From Flavobacteriales bacterium (GTDB taxonomy: Bacteria > Bacteroidota > Bacteroidia > Flavobacteriales_D > CAJJDF01), in the NCBI GenBank assembly GCA_965658995.1, contig CBFHVI010000011.1, positions 4,230-68,229 on the forward strand: a stretch of DNA of 64,000 nt, given 5' to 3'. The position numbers were made by a program, and so were the translations under genes. Under the pieces are notes generated by a model that searched no databases, was not told where the DNA came from, and saw nothing but the letters and a program-made list of their open reading frames with translations. Below, piece by piece: positions 48,580 through 58,815 of the stretch (positions are counted from its first letter, which is position 1; the number at the start of each line of letters is the position of its first letter).

Positions 48580-50013
48580 GTGAAAACAACAACAGTAAAA
48601 GAAGCACTGACCATTTCCTCGTTAATAGGGGAAAAAGTAACCATTTGTGGGTGGGTAAGAACGTTCAGAAGCAATCGATTTATTGCCTTAAATGATGGCT
48701 CCACCATTCACAATATTCAAGCAGTAGTAGAGTTTGAAGAAATAGAAGAGGCAAAATTAAAAAAAATTAATACTGGGGCAGCTGTACAAGTTTCAGGGAC
48801 TGTAGTAGAATCTCAAGGAAAAGGGCAAAAAGTAGAGATCCAAGTCAACGAATTCGAAATCTTGGGAGAGGCAAATCCAGAAGAGTATCCTTTGCAGCCA
48901 AAAAAACACTCGTTGGAGTTTTTGAGAGAAAAAGCACATCTTAGAATGAGAACCAATACGTTTGGTGCTGTATTCAGACTGAGACATGCCATGTCTTTCG
49001 CTATTCATCAATATTTTCACAACAAAGGTTTTTACCAAATGCACACTCCAATAATTACCGGAAGTGATGCGGAAGGAGCTGGAGAAATGTTTAGAGTTAC
49101 TACGCTGGATTTGGACAACATTCCGAAAGGAGAAGACAACAAAACAGATACTTCCAAAGATTTTTTTGGGAAAGAAACGAATCTAACTGTTTCAGGACAG
49201 TTGGAAGCTGAACTTGGGGCGCTGGCGCTTGGTAAAGTGTATACGTTTGGCCCTACTTTTAGAGCAGAAAATTCTAATACAACCAGACACCTGGCAGAAT
49301 TCTGGATGATTGAGCCTGAGGTAGCATTTGCTGACCTCATAGACAACATGAATTTAGCCGAAGATTTTCTTCAACACTTGGCTCAATATGCCCTAGACAA
49401 CTGTATGGATGACCTAGAGTTTCTTAACGAGAGAGAGATTGCTGAAGACAAGCTAAAGCCGCAAATAGAAAGAAATGAACTCAATCTGATTGATAGACTA
49501 AGGTTTGTAACGGCCAATAACTTTGAACGAATTACGTACACCGAAGCAATTAAAATCCTAGAAAACTCAAAGCCTTACAAAAAGAAAAAATTCAATTACT
49601 TGCCAGAGTGGGGAAGCGATTTACAAACGGAACACGAACGATACCTGGTAGAGAAACACTTTAAAAAACCTGTGGTTATTTCGGATTACCCAGCAAGCTT
49701 CAAGGCGTTTTACATGCGTCAGAACGAGGATGGAAAAACGGTAGCTGCAATGGATATTTTATTCCCTGGTATCGGTGAAATTATTGGAGGATCGCAACGA
49801 GAAGAAAGACTCGATGTATTAAAAGAAAAATGCAAAGCATTCAATATTCCTGAAGAACACGTATGGTGGTACCTCGAGACAAGGAAGTTTGGAACGTGCG
49901 TACATTCTGGATTTGGGTTAGGATTTGAGAGACTCGTCATGTTTGTAACGGGAATGACCAACATCAGAGATGTGATTCCTTTCCCTCGGGCGCCAAAAAA
50001 TGCGGAGTTTTAA
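48580..50013 (+). CDS. asnS: asparagine--tRNA ligase
   Basis: Class IIb synthetase with the AsnRS-specific [19 protein letters not shown] and GGSQRE motifs. GTG start. Confidence 0.95.
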   Translation: MKTTTVKEALTISSLIGEKVTICGWVRTFRSNRFIALNDGSTIHNIQAVVEFEEIEEAKLKKINTGAAVQVSGTVVESQGKGQKVEIQVNEFEILGEANPEEYPLQPKKHSLEFLREKAHLRMRTNTFGAVFRLRHAMSFAIHQYFHNKGFYQMHTPIITGSDAEGAGEMFRVTTLDLDNIPKGEDNKTDTSKDFFGKETNLTVSGQLEAELGALALGKVYTFGPTFRAENSNTTRHLAEFWMIEPEVAFADLIDNMNLAEDFLQHLAQYALDNCMDDLEFLNEREIAEDKLKPQIERNELNLIDRLRFVTANNFERITYTEAIKILENSKPYKKKKFNYLPEWGSDLQTEHERYLVEKHFKKPVVISDYPASFKAFYMRQNEDGKTVAAMDILFPGIGEIIGGSQREERLDVLKEKCKAFNIPEEHVWWYLETRKFGTCVHSGFGLGFERLVMFVTGMTNIRDVIPFPRAPKNAEF

Positions 50014-50035
50014 TCTTACTAGATAAAACTAAAAA

Positions 50036-50066
50036 CTTCTTTGATTAATCAAAGAGGTTTTTTTTT
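50036..50066 (+). terminator. rho-independent terminator after asnS
   Basis: 9-bp stem CTTCTTTGA/TCAAAGAGG (one G-U pair) followed by T9. Confidence 0.75.
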
Positions 50067-50071
50067 GACCA

Positions 50072-52609
50072 TTAGAATGGGTATCCGATTCCAATATTAA
50101 TTTGTGGCGTATACAGCCCAGGAAGGTTCGAGGTATTACTTAGGGAATTGACAAACGATTTGTACTCTTCTTTTGGCTGAAAAAACCATCTCTCCCCTAC
50201 CGCAAGACTTGGGTTCTTAAGAGGATAAGCAATATCCAATCTGATGAGAAAAAAGCTCAAATCCACACGTATTCCAAATCCAGCACCGATAGCGATTTCA
50301 TTCACAAATCTATTCACTTTAAAATCAGCCCCGGGCCTGAGAGAATCCTCATTCATCAACCAAATATTTCCGGCATCAACAAACAGTGCTCCATCCAAAA
50401 AACCCAATAAATCAAATCGATACTCGAGGTTTCCCTCTATTAAAATCTCTCCTATTTTATCAAAAACCACTGCCGAATCTCGAAAAGACCCAGGCCCTAG
50501 CGATCGAGCTTTCCAAGATCTAGTTTTGTCCGTTCCTCCCGCAAAAAAACTCTTTTCAAACGGCAACGCAGCGCTGAGATTCTTCATGGGTACTCCCACG
50601 CCTCCGAGCATTCTGAACACCAAACTGCTTTTTTCATTGATGCGATTGTATACTCTTAAGTCGTGCTGAGTTTTGAGGTACTGAGCATACTGAATTCCCA
50701 AAATTTTGTAGGCATCTATAGCCGGATCTTTCTCTTGATTTGTGAGCGTGTAAAATGCATTGAGCAGATTCCCGGCACTCTCCACAGAACCATCATAATA
50801 CATCGAAAGACGTTTTTTCGATTTGGCAGAGGGTGAATTGTACACAAATCGATATCGAGTAGCCGAGATAATGTGATTTTGAAAACTTGCGGCAAGTAGT
50901 TTGTCATTCAAACTGCTAATTCTATTTTCGAACTCTTGTGACTTTACCACCTCAACCGCACTAAAGGCTATTGGCTCGAGGAGATGTGAGAATTTATCCT
51001 TTACGTTCCATGAATATCCGTACGATAATTCTTGGATTCCTCTTTCAAAGTCGAGCTGGGTTACGTTCAGTCTTCGCTGGTAATTCAAAGAAGCCGAAAT
51101 CACTGTCTTTGTGTTACTTACAGTTCTATATTTATACGTTGAAAAAAACAAGAGTTTTGGAATCGTTAAGGAAACCTCTGGTCCAAATTCAATGGTATTG
51201 AAAGCTGAAGATATGTTCGAAAAAGATTGAAAATCTATTGGTATATTGCTGTTATCTGCCGTGTTATCATTTACAAAAAGAGGTTGTGATTCCAAAGAAC
51301 CAGAAAGACCAACATGAAAAACTTCGGCCCCTCGAAAAACATTGTTGTGATTGAAAAGCAATGAACCCTCAATTCCGAAATTACTACCAGAAGTGGTTCC
51401 GTTCCATTCGACTCTCGCATCTTTGCGTTTAGCCCCTTGCAGCAAAACAGTCATCACTAGCTCTTGTTTGCCATCAGTTGTGTCTTGTTCTGTCACAATA
51501 TTTACCTTCTGAAACACTCCCAAAGAAGTTAGTTTTCGGAAAGTTTGCTGCTGTCTTTGTTTGCTATACACATCTCCTGGCTTAAGAAACAAACAGGAGT
51601 AAAACAAATTAGCGTTGATGTCATTTTTTCCTTGAACGGAATAGTCTATGTTCTTAAAGGAAAAATTTGTGATTTCACTACTAAATGGACTCTGAACATA
51701 GTTGAACTTTACTGCTCCAATTCGAAACACTTTATGGGGAGAGGCTGCAATCGAATCAGATTTAATTAATTTCTCCTTGTACAAATCTATCTGTAAAGTA
51801 ATATCCACCCAATTTCCATTAGAGCCACTACTATCAACATAAAATTTAATGTAATTTTTATTGAACAAATAGAATCCATTATTCTGCAAATAGGTAGCCA
51901 AACGTTCCCTTTCGTCATCCAATTTATCTACATCAAATATGGTTCCTACTTTCAGTTTTGAGGTCGCTTCCAGTTTTTTGATGTAACTCAAAAGTAGCGA
52001 ATCTTCCGTTGTAGTCTGTATTGATTTTATCTGGAAAGGATCCTCCACCTTTACCACGTAGCTAACTATGGCTCTCTGTTTTTGGAGGCCCCAATATTTC
52101 TTGTCGATGTACTGAATGGAATCTTTCACCGAATTTGCAAAAAAACCTTTTCGGATCAGGTAAATGTGTAATTGATCGGCCGTTTTTCGGGTCATAGATT
52201 CACTCAAAACAACAGGAGCCTCTCCAATTGAATACAATATTTTCTCGCCAAAGGAATCAAAGTTTTCGCTGGTTTTTCTCTTTATCAGCGGTTTATTTTT
52301 CTTGATTCTTCGTTCATTTTTTCTATCGATTCGTATGTTTTTTCGCTCCAATTTCCGTTCTTCTCTTTGCGCAACCTTCGCAGAGTCCATCGAATTATGA
52401 AGCAACAAATGGAATTTAAGAACAGAAAATATTTTTCTATTGGGTCTCTGTTTGATCACAGATTTCAAGTCATCCTTGTCGACCTTATCGCTGTTGGTTA
52501 TTATTCTGTTTTTATCCAATAAATATTGCGTATCACTTAGCTTTTTCGTGAAGCACGAACCCAGCAAAAACGAAAGAATAAAAACTGCTATGAGAGACTT
52601 ATGTGACAA
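50072..52609 (-). CDS. BamA/TamA-family outer membrane protein (Omp85 superfamily)
   Basis: Lipobox LLGSC, POTRA-like N-terminal repeats, and a C-terminal Omp85 barrel ending GIGYPF. Confidence 0.75.
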   Translation of the reverse strand: MSHKSLIAVFILSFLLGSCFTKKLSDTQYLLDKNRIITNSDKVDKDDLKSVIKQRPNRKIFSVLKFHLLLHNSMDSAKVAQREERKLERKNIRIDRKNERRIKKNKPLIKRKTSENFDSFGEKILYSIGEAPVVLSESMTRKTADQLHIYLIRKGFFANSVKDSIQYIDKKYWGLQKQRAIVSYVVKVEDPFQIKSIQTTTEDSLLLSYIKKLEATSKLKVGTIFDVDKLDDERERLATYLQNNGFYLFNKNYIKFYVDSSGSNGNWVDITLQIDLYKEKLIKSDSIAASPHKVFRIGAVKFNYVQSPFSSEITNFSFKNIDYSVQGKNDINANLFYSCLFLKPGDVYSKQRQQQTFRKLTSLGVFQKVNIVTEQDTTDGKQELVMTVLLQGAKRKDARVEWNGTTSGSNFGIEGSLLFNHNNVFRGAEVFHVGLSGSLESQPLFVNDNTADNSNIPIDFQSFSNISSAFNTIEFGPEVSLTIPKLLFFSTYKYRTVSNTKTVISASLNYQRRLNVTQLDFERGIQELSYGYSWNVKDKFSHLLEPIAFSAVEVVKSQEFENRISSLNDKLLAASFQNHIISATRYRFVYNSPSAKSKKRLSMYYDGSVESAGNLLNAFYTLTNQEKDPAIDAYKILGIQYAQYLKTQHDLRVYNRINEKSSLVFRMLGGVGVPMKNLSAALPFEKSFFAGGTDKTRSWKARSLGPGSFRDSAVVFDKIGEILIEGNLEYRFDLLGFLDGALFVDAGNIWLMNEDSLRPGADFKVNRFVNEIAIGAGFGIRVDLSFFLIRLDIAYPLKNPSLAVGERWFFQPKEEYKSFVNSLSNTSNLPGLYTPQINIGIGYPF

Positions 52610-52655
52610 TTATCTGTTACTTTTATAATATAAATATGGAAATGCTCCAAATATA

Positions 52656-53387
52656 ATGCCTGAAATTACGAAAAACCAACTGAAACACGTTCGATTACTG
52701 AAACAAAAAAAGCACCGAATGCTCTCCAGCCAATTCGTGGTAGAAGGAGAAAAAAATGTGGAGGAATTAATTCATTCTCAACTTGAAATCGTAGCTCTTT
52801 TTGCAACCAAAGATTGGACTTCCCCGTCCAGTAAATGCTCTCCCATTCTTGTCACAAACAAAGAATTGTCTCAAATGAGTGGGCTAAGTTCACCCAATAA
52901 AGTGTTAGCTGTGGCCAAAATCCCCGAAGTAGAATTCTCTACCAGCTCACTGCAAGAAGGAATAACCCTCGTCTTGAACGAGATAAACGACCCGGGAAAC
53001 TTAGGAACTATTATCCGCACAGCAGATTGGTTTGGTATCAAACAAATAATCTGTTCGCCAAATTCTGTAGATTGTTACAACCCAAAAGTTGTTCAATCCA
53101 CCAAAGGATCTATTGCCCAAGTCACCATTCACTACCGCGACATATCCTCTGTCCTGGATTCGTACAATTTGCCTGTATTTGCCGCTGATATGGAAGGCAC
53201 CAAAATGGACAAGAATTATAGGTTTCCAAAGGATTGCATCATTATGATGGGAAGTGAATCGCACGGTATTCCTGATGAACTAAGTAACTACATCACGGAT
53301 CGAATTACGATTCCAAAAGTGGGACAATCAGAATCTTTGAACGTGGCTATTGCTACTTCCATTATTCTTCATCACAGTAATTTATAA
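52656..53387 (+). CDS. TrmH/SpoU-family RNA 2'-O-methyltransferase
   Basis: SPOUT motifs (NDPGNLGTIIRTA, IMMGSESHG, SLNVAIATSI). Confidence 0.8.
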   Translation: MPEITKNQLKHVRLLKQKKHRMLSSQFVVEGEKNVEELIHSQLEIVALFATKDWTSPSSKCSPILVTNKELSQMSGLSSPNKVLAVAKIPEVEFSTSSLQEGITLVLNEINDPGNLGTIIRTADWFGIKQIICSPNSVDCYNPKVVQSTKGSIAQVTIHYRDISSVLDSYNLPVFAADMEGTKMDKNYRFPKDCIIMMGSESHGIPDELSNYITDRITIPKVGQSESLNVAIATSIILHHSNL

Positions 53388-53392
53388 AAAAC

Positions 53393-53719
53393 ATGACACT
53401 AGACCAAGCACAAAAAACAGTAGACGACTGGATTAACAAACATGGAGTTCGTTACTTTAATGAGTTAACAAACTTGGCAATTTTGACCGAAGAAGTGGGT
53501 GAAGTAGCCCGAGTTATTTCGAGAGAATATGGAGAACAATCCTACAAAAAAGAGGCAAAAAAATCCGAATTGGGAGACGAACTGGCCGATGTATTATTTG
53601 TGATCATTTGTTTGGCAAACCAAACAGGTATCGACTTAACAAAAGCCCTTTCGAAGAACCTCGAGAAAAAAACGAACAGAGACACAGACCGACATAGAAA
53701 CAATCCAAAACTGAGTTAA
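53393..53719 (+). CDS. MazG-like nucleotide pyrophosphohydrolase
   Basis: EExGE ... ELADVL four-helix MazG motif (LTEEVGEVAR, LGDELADVLF). Confidence 0.75.
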   Translation: MTLDQAQKTVDDWINKHGVRYFNELTNLAILTEEVGEVARVISREYGEQSYKKEAKKSELGDELADVLFVIICLANQTGIDLTKALSKNLEKKTNRDTDRHRNNPKLS

Positions 53720-54115
53720 ATGAAGTTGTTAATTGTAGCTGTTCTCGTGCTACTTGTTTCTTGCCGTCCTCCTAAATTACCAACCAGCAATCAACCTCTT
53801 GAGATCATCGAACAAGAATTGTCTGGCGATTTGCTAGGCAAGCAATTTCGCTACCCTACCAAAAAGATAGAAAATGAGGAGAATGAAATTGTGATTTTCA
53901 TGAAACACCGGAAATTATCCACTACTGAAATTGACATCTATTTCAATAAAAACAGTTCGGAGAGATTTGTTCAAATTCAGAAATTCTATAACTCTCGCTT
54001 TCATACCAACCAAAAAGACTCCCTTTACGGGAGCTGGCAAACAGATTCAACAGAGTTTATTTTGTTTAAAAACTCGGATAGTAGTATCTTGGTCAACATT
54101 TTTAAGAGAAATTAA
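53720..54115 (+). CDS. hypothetical lipoprotein
   Basis: Lipobox LLVSC. Starts immediately after the MazG stop. Confidence 0.4.
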   Translation: MKLLIVAVLVLLVSCRPPKLPTSNQPLEIIEQELSGDLLGKQFRYPTKKIENEENEIVIFMKHRKLSTTEIDIYFNKNSSERFVQIQKFYNSRFHTNQKDSLYGSWQTDSTEFILFKNSDSSILVNIFKRN

Positions 54116-54124
54116 ACCAAATTT

Positions 54125-54688
54125 ATGGCAAACACTTCAGACATCAGAAACGGACTTTGTATCAGATTCAAGCACGACTTATTCAAAATTGTTGAATTCC
54201 AACATGTAAAACCTGGTAAAGGCCCTGCCTTTGTAAGAACAAAACTAAAAAGCCTTACCACGGGAAGAACCCTGGACAATACTTTTTCGGCAGGTCACAA
54301 AATTGAAGACGTAAGAGTAGAAACTAGAAATTATCAGTTTTTGTACAAAGATGATCAAGGATATCATTTTATGAATACTTCCACGTATGAACAAATAATG
54401 CTGCAAGAAGCAATGATAGATAACCCTCAGTTTTTGGTAGATGGAGATTCCGCGACCATAGTATTTGATGCAGAACAAGAAACTCCGCTTACTTGTGAGC
54501 TCCAGCCCTACATCGATACAGAAATCACTTACACAGAACCGGGAGTTAAGGGAGATACAGCAACAAACACATTAAAACCTGCTACTATCACTACTGGTGC
54601 CGAAATAAGAGTGCCTTTATTTATCAATATTGGCGACAAAGTAAGAGTAGACACCAGATCAGGAGAGTACAAAGAAAGACTTAAATAG
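54125..54688 (+). CDS. efp: elongation factor P
   Basis: Full-length EF-P, including the KPGKG loop. Confidence 0.95.
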   Translation: MANTSDIRNGLCIRFKHDLFKIVEFQHVKPGKGPAFVRTKLKSLTTGRTLDNTFSAGHKIEDVRVETRNYQFLYKDDQGYHFMNTSTYEQIMLQEAMIDNPQFLVDGDSATIVFDAEQETPLTCELQPYIDTEITYTEPGVKGDTATNTLKPATITTGAEIRVPLFINIGDKVRVDTRSGEYKERLK

Positions 54689-54713
54689 ATATAAAAACCA
54701 TTTGGACCTTTTT

Positions 54714-54751
54714 AGCTCCCTTCTCAATTAACGAGTTGGGAGCTGTTTTTT
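54714..54751 (+). terminator. rho-independent terminator after efp
   Basis: 7-bp stem AGCTCCC/GGGAGCT followed by a T-rich tail. Confidence 0.6.
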
Positions 54752-54826
54752 GTAATGAATTGTCAGTTTTTCTGTCAAATGATTCAAAAATGGAACTTGG
54801 CATAATTATTTAAGGGGGATAACTTC

Positions 54827-55570
54827 GTGAAACAAAAAGCATCAATATATACAGGAATGGGTATTCCCTTGGTATTGGTTTTTCTATTATGGGGAATTCA
54901 TTTTCTTAATCTCGAATTCCCAGAACTCCATTTTTCCTCTTACGGAATATTTCCACGAACCTTAGAAGGTGCGAAAGGCATCTTGTTATCTCCTTTCATT
55001 CACGATACCTCAGATTTTTCTCATATCGTAGGAAACTCAGTTCCCTTATTCGTATTGAGCTGGCTATTTCTTTTATCCTACAAGAAATACTTTTTTCCCA
55101 GCGCTGTTTTTATCTGGTTGTTTTCAGGTATTTGTGTGTGGCTAGCAGGCAGAGAATCGCACCATATTGGAGCGAGCGGAGTTATTTATGGATTCGCTTA
55201 TTTCTTGTTTTTTAGCGGAGTATTTAGCAAGAATAAAAGGCAGATTGCCACTTCTCTCATTATTGCGTTTTCCTACGGAAGTATGGCGTGGGGTATCTTT
55301 CCCATTGAGGAAAGAATATCTTGGGAAGGCCACTTATTTGGAGCCATTTCGGGAATTATTATGGCTGTGTATTTCCGAAAAAAATATTATTCGCCAGACA
55401 AATACAACCTGAAAGTAGATCCTGTTTTTGAAGAATACGTAGATGAATACAACGCTCAATTGAAGGAGATCATCAAAGAAAAAGAAGAACTCAAAAAAAG
55501 TGACGTAACCAACAACACGTTAAACGAAAACTACAAGATTTTCTTTGAATATTTGAAAAATGAGGATTAA
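54827..55570 (+). CDS. rhomboid-family intramembrane serine protease
   Basis: Polytopic membrane protein with GASGVIYG (GxSG) and a downstream His in a TM helix. GTG start; ATG 54857 is an alternative. Confidence 0.7.
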   Translation: MKQKASIYTGMGIPLVLVFLLWGIHFLNLEFPELHFSSYGIFPRTLEGAKGILLSPFIHDTSDFSHIVGNSVPLFVLSWLFLLSYKKYFFPSAVFIWLFSGICVWLAGRESHHIGASGVIYGFAYFLFFSGVFSKNKRQIATSLIIAFSYGSMAWGIFPIEERISWEGHLFGAISGIIMAVYFRKKYYSPDKYNLKVDPVFEEYVDEYNAQLKEIIKEKEELKKSDVTNNTLNENYKIFFEYLKNED

Positions 55571-55663
55571 GCTTGGTCTTAGAAGAACGAAATGAAGGAG
55601 TTTAAAAAAATTGAGTCATTAAAAACCTCTTTGTTGTTGACGAATTCTGTGGTTGAATTTTCT

Positions 55664-55698
55664 CAATAAAAAAAGGAACAACCTTTCGATCATTCCTT
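55664..55698 (-). terminator. weak terminator-like hairpin after dnaN
   Basis: 6-bp stem AAGGAA/TTCCTT with a T-run on the minus strand. Confidence 0.4.
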
Positions 55699-55744
55699 AT
55701 TAAAAAATTTCATCGGTACAGAAACCTGAAGCTGGTAACAGGCC

Positions 55745-56866
55745 TTAGTTATTCAACATTACTGGCATTACAAGCATCAAAATATCCTCTCCTTCAATGT
55801 CTGTTTCGCTTGGTAGAATAATACCCGCTCTAGACGGATCACTCATTTCAAGGTGAATATTATCAGACTCTAAATTTGAGAGCATCTCAATCAAAAATCT
55901 CGAGTTAAATCCTATTTCCATGTCAGTTCCTTCGTAGCTACAAGTAAGTCTTTCATTCGCAGCATTCGCAAAATCTAAGTCTTCTGCGCTTATCGCAAGT
56001 TCGCTACCTGCCACTTTCAATCTCACTTGGTGAGTAGATTTATTCGAGAAAATAGACACCCTCTTCATCGAATTCAACAGAGACTGTCTTTCTACAGTTA
56101 ATCTATTTGGGTTTGTTTTTGGGATAACTGCATCGTAATTCGGATACTTTCCGTCAATTAATCTACACACTACATTAAAATCATCAAACTTGAAATGCAC
56201 ATTCGATTCACTGTACTCAATTGTAACGTCATCAGAGGTATTTCCCACCAGATTTTTCAACAAATTCAATGGTTTTTTGGGTACAATAAAAGAAGCTGAA
56301 GAGCTTGCATGGCTGGAAGTGCTTCGGTATCTAACTAATTTGTGTGCATCTGTAGCAGCAAAAGTAACAGAATCGCTATCCAACTGGAAAAACACTCCTG
56401 ACATAACAGGTCTCAAATCATCATTCCCTGTTGCAAATATTGTTTTGGTAATAGCTCGCGACAACACATCCGAAGACAACTTCATAGTGGAGGGCGCCTC
56501 AAGAATTGGAGTATTAGGAAATTCATCTTTATTCTGACCGCTAAGTTTAAACTTTCCATTGTCAGAAGAAATCTCAATTCCAAAATTTGACATGTCCACA
56601 GAGAATGTCAGCGGTTGCTCAGAAAAAGTTTTTAGAGCATCCATCAAAAACTTAGCAGGAATTGCAACTGCACCGTCCTCTTTTGCCTCGATTTCAAATT
56701 TAGAAGAGATAGTTGTTTCCAAATCAGAAGCCAAAACGGTTAATTGTTTTCCATCGATTGAGAATAAAAAATTATCTAAGATAGGAAGAGTATTATTGGT
56801 ACTCAACACCCCGCTTATTGACTGTAAGTGTTTGAGTAATAGTGTGCTTGAAACAATAAATTGCAT
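55745..56866 (-). CDS. dnaN: DNA polymerase III beta sliding clamp
   Basis: Three-domain clamp of typical length, with an N-terminus like MQFIVSS..LLK.L..I. Confidence 0.9.
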   Translation of the reverse strand: MQFIVSSTLLLKHLQSISGVLSTNNTLPILDNFLFSIDGKQLTVLASDLETTISSKFEIEAKEDGAVAIPAKFLMDALKTFSEQPLTFSVDMSNFGIEISSDNGKFKLSGQNKDEFPNTPILEAPSTMKLSSDVLSRAITKTIFATGNDDLRPVMSGVFFQLDSDSVTFAATDAHKLVRYRSTSSHASSSASFIVPKKPLNLLKNLVGNTSDDVTIEYSESNVHFKFDDFNVVCRLIDGKYPNYDAVIPKTNPNRLTVERQSLLNSMKRVSIFSNKSTHQVRLKVAGSELAISAEDLDFANAANERLTCSYEGTDMEIGFNSRFLIEMLSNLESDNIHLEMSDPSRAGIILPSETDIEGEDILMLVMPVMLNN

Positions 56867-56900
56867 AATTTGTTATAATATTTGAATTGTTGATTAGCTT

Positions 56901-56908
56901 CAAAGATA
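56901..56908 (-). promoter_or_regulatory. -7 promoter box TATCTTTG (minus strand) for dnaN
   Basis: Exact TAnnTTTG match on the minus strand, about 35 nt upstream of the dnaN ATG. Confidence 0.35.
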
Positions 56909-57040
56909 CTTCTTTGGGTAGTATTGAATGAAACCACCGTTCTATTTTTTTTAACAATTACCAGCAAGAAATGAACAACTCGAAAATAATCAAGGAAAAT
57001 TATTTGTCTGGTTGTGACTTGTTTTATTAATGAAGTTTAC

Positions 57041-57048
57041 TAAATTTG
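57041..57048 (+). promoter_or_regulatory. -7 promoter box TAAATTTG for tRNA-Cys
   Basis: Exact TAnnTTTG match 15 nt before the first tRNA nucleotide. Confidence 0.45.
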
Positions 57049-57063
57049 CACACCCTACAATAA

Positions 57064-57134
57064 TGGTCTCGTGGCCGAGCGGCTAGGCAGTGGTCTGCAA
57101 CACCATCTACAGCGGTTCGAATCCGCTCGAGACC
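57064..57134 (+). tRNA. tRNA-Cys (GCA)
   Basis: Hand-folded cloverleaf: acceptor GGTCTCG/CGAGACC, anticodon stem GTGGT/ACCAT with loop CTGCAAC, T-arm AGCGG-TTCGAAT-CCGCT, 4-nt variable loop. Confidence 0.9.
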
Positions 57135-57142
57135 TCAACAAA

Positions 57143-57177
57143 AAACCTCTCTGTTTCTTGATGGAGAGGTTTTTTTC
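57143..57177 (+). terminator. rho-independent terminator after tRNA-Cys
   Basis: 7-bp stem ACCTCTC/GAGAGGT followed by T8. Confidence 0.7.
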
Positions 57178-57647
57178 TTCCCTTCTTTAAGCTTTCTAAG
57201 GAATAGTTGATTTTTTTCAAATTCTTGACAAATCGTCTACTGTTAGATACTGCTAAAATTGTCTTTTTGGAGAATGATTCAACCAAAAAACAAGTATCGA
57301 CACCTACACAGAATATTCTTGTTTGTCTTTCCCTTTATTTTTAAAATTTCAATTTTTGAGATTATTTTCATTCTAAATCTGTAAATTTACGTCCGCAAAT
57401 AAGCCTTGCCAACGACCTGAAAAAATCAAACTTTTTTCAACAATAAAATGTCAAAAAAATAAATTTATTTTAAAAACTTAGGGTTGGTGGTAACTATGAA
57501 AATAGTTTGTTAATAAGTGAGTTTTTTGTTAATTATTCAAATTGTCTTCTTCAATTTTTTTATCCATTTTTGTAATGCGAAGAGAACATAAAACAATCCG
57601 GTTTTCCCTCCTTCGAACTTGAAAAATTAACATCTAAACCACTAGAA

Positions 57648-58643
57648 ATGAACGAAACAAACCAAAGCCTGCACCCAGAACCAATATTGACCGAAAATAA
57701 CAACAGATTTGTTCTGTTCCCAATTCAACACGATGATATTTGGGCATATTACAAAAATGCTGAAGCAAGTTTTTGGACTGCAGAGGAATTGGACTTGTCT
57801 TCGGATATTACTGATTGGGAAAACAAACTAAATGATGATGAAAGATATTTCATCAAACATATTTTGGCATTTTTTGCAGCGAGTGACGGAATTGTAAACG
57901 AAAACTTAGCAGAAAACTTTGTTGCTGAAGTACAATACACCGAAGCGAAATTTTTCTACGGTTTTCAAATTGCCATCGAAAACATTCACTCCGAGACTTA
58001 TTCGTTGTTGATTGACACATTGATTTCGGACTCCAAAGAGAAGGACTATTTATTCAACGCCATCGAAACTTTTCCTCCAGTACAAAAGAAAGCTGAATGG
58101 GCTTTGAGATGGATTGACAATGGAAGTTTTGCTGAAAGGCTGATTGCTTTTGCTGCGGTAGAAGGTATTTTCTTTTCGGGGTCGTTCTGTTCTATCTTCT
58201 GGTTGAAGAAAAGAGGATTAATGCCTGGATTAACTTTCTCTAACGAGCTTATTTCTCGAGACGAAGGTTTGCACTGTGACTTTGCAGTGTTGCTTCACAA
58301 CAATCACGTGGTAAATAAAGTTGCTCCAGAAAGAATAAAAGAGATTATCGTAAATGCAGTAGCAATCGAAAAAGAATTTGTAACCGAATCTCTTCCTGTA
58401 AGATTGATTGGTATGAATGCCGATATGATGAATCAATACATCGAATTCGTAGCAGACAGATTGTTAACTGAACTGAATTGCGACAAAGTATTTCATGCGA
58501 CCAACCCATTCGACTTTATGGATATGATCAACCTACAAGGGAAAACTAATTTCTTTGAAAAAAGAGTAGGTGAATACCAAAAAGCGGGTGTTGCAAGCAA
58601 CTCTTCTTCTGAACAAACATTCTCACTAGACGAAGATTTTTAA
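57648..58643 (+). CDS. nrdB: class Ia ribonucleotide reductase beta subunit
   Basis: Di-iron and radical-site motifs [13 protein letters not shown] and [19 protein letters not shown]-terminal acidic tail ending DEDF. Confidence 0.9.
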   Translation: MNETNQSLHPEPILTENNNRFVLFPIQHDDIWAYYKNAEASFWTAEELDLSSDITDWENKLNDDERYFIKHILAFFAASDGIVNENLAENFVAEVQYTEAKFFYGFQIAIENIHSETYSLLIDTLISDSKEKDYLFNAIETFPPVQKKAEWALRWIDNGSFAERLIAFAAVEGIFFSGSFCSIFWLKKRGLMPGLTFSNELISRDEGLHCDFAVLLHNNHVVNKVAPERIKEIIVNAVAIEKEFVTESLPVRLIGMNADMMNQYIEFVADRLLTELNCDKVFHATNPFDFMDMINLQGKTNFFEKRVGEYQKAGVASNSSSEQTFSLDEDF

Positions 58644-58815
58644 CCCAAAAACTATCCATGAGGATAAAAATGGTATTAACACAGACTGGTTAATAATGCC
58701 AAAGTCATATGTGTAATACAAAAGAATGTTTTATTAATTTTAAAACAAACAGGAGAGAAATCCCCAAACAAAAAAAATAGAATATAGGACAAGAAAATAT
58801 AATACCCCCCAATTT

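Noticed and set aside
48456-48695. 79-aa plus-strand ORF overlapping the asnS start.
   Set aside because: It is out of frame with asnS. It spans the promoter region, including the TATCTTTG box, and its composition does not look protein-like.
55571-57647. Possible chromosomal replication origin, because dnaN lies beside long AT-rich spacers.
   Set aside because: There is no dnaA gene in the window. I found no cluster of DnaA boxes. The only near matches to TTATCCACA are single 2-mismatch hits (TTATCCATT near 57561 and GTATCGACA near 57294). AT-richness alone is normal for this genome.
57180-57647. Cobalamin riboswitch or NrdR boxes upstream of nrdB.
   Set aside because: I see no B12-box-like GC-rich core and no GGGAA/GGTG-type conserved elements. 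The AGAATATTCT palindrome does not fit the 16-bp NrdR consensus and has no partner box at the usual ~31-bp spacing. A covariance-model scan would settle it.
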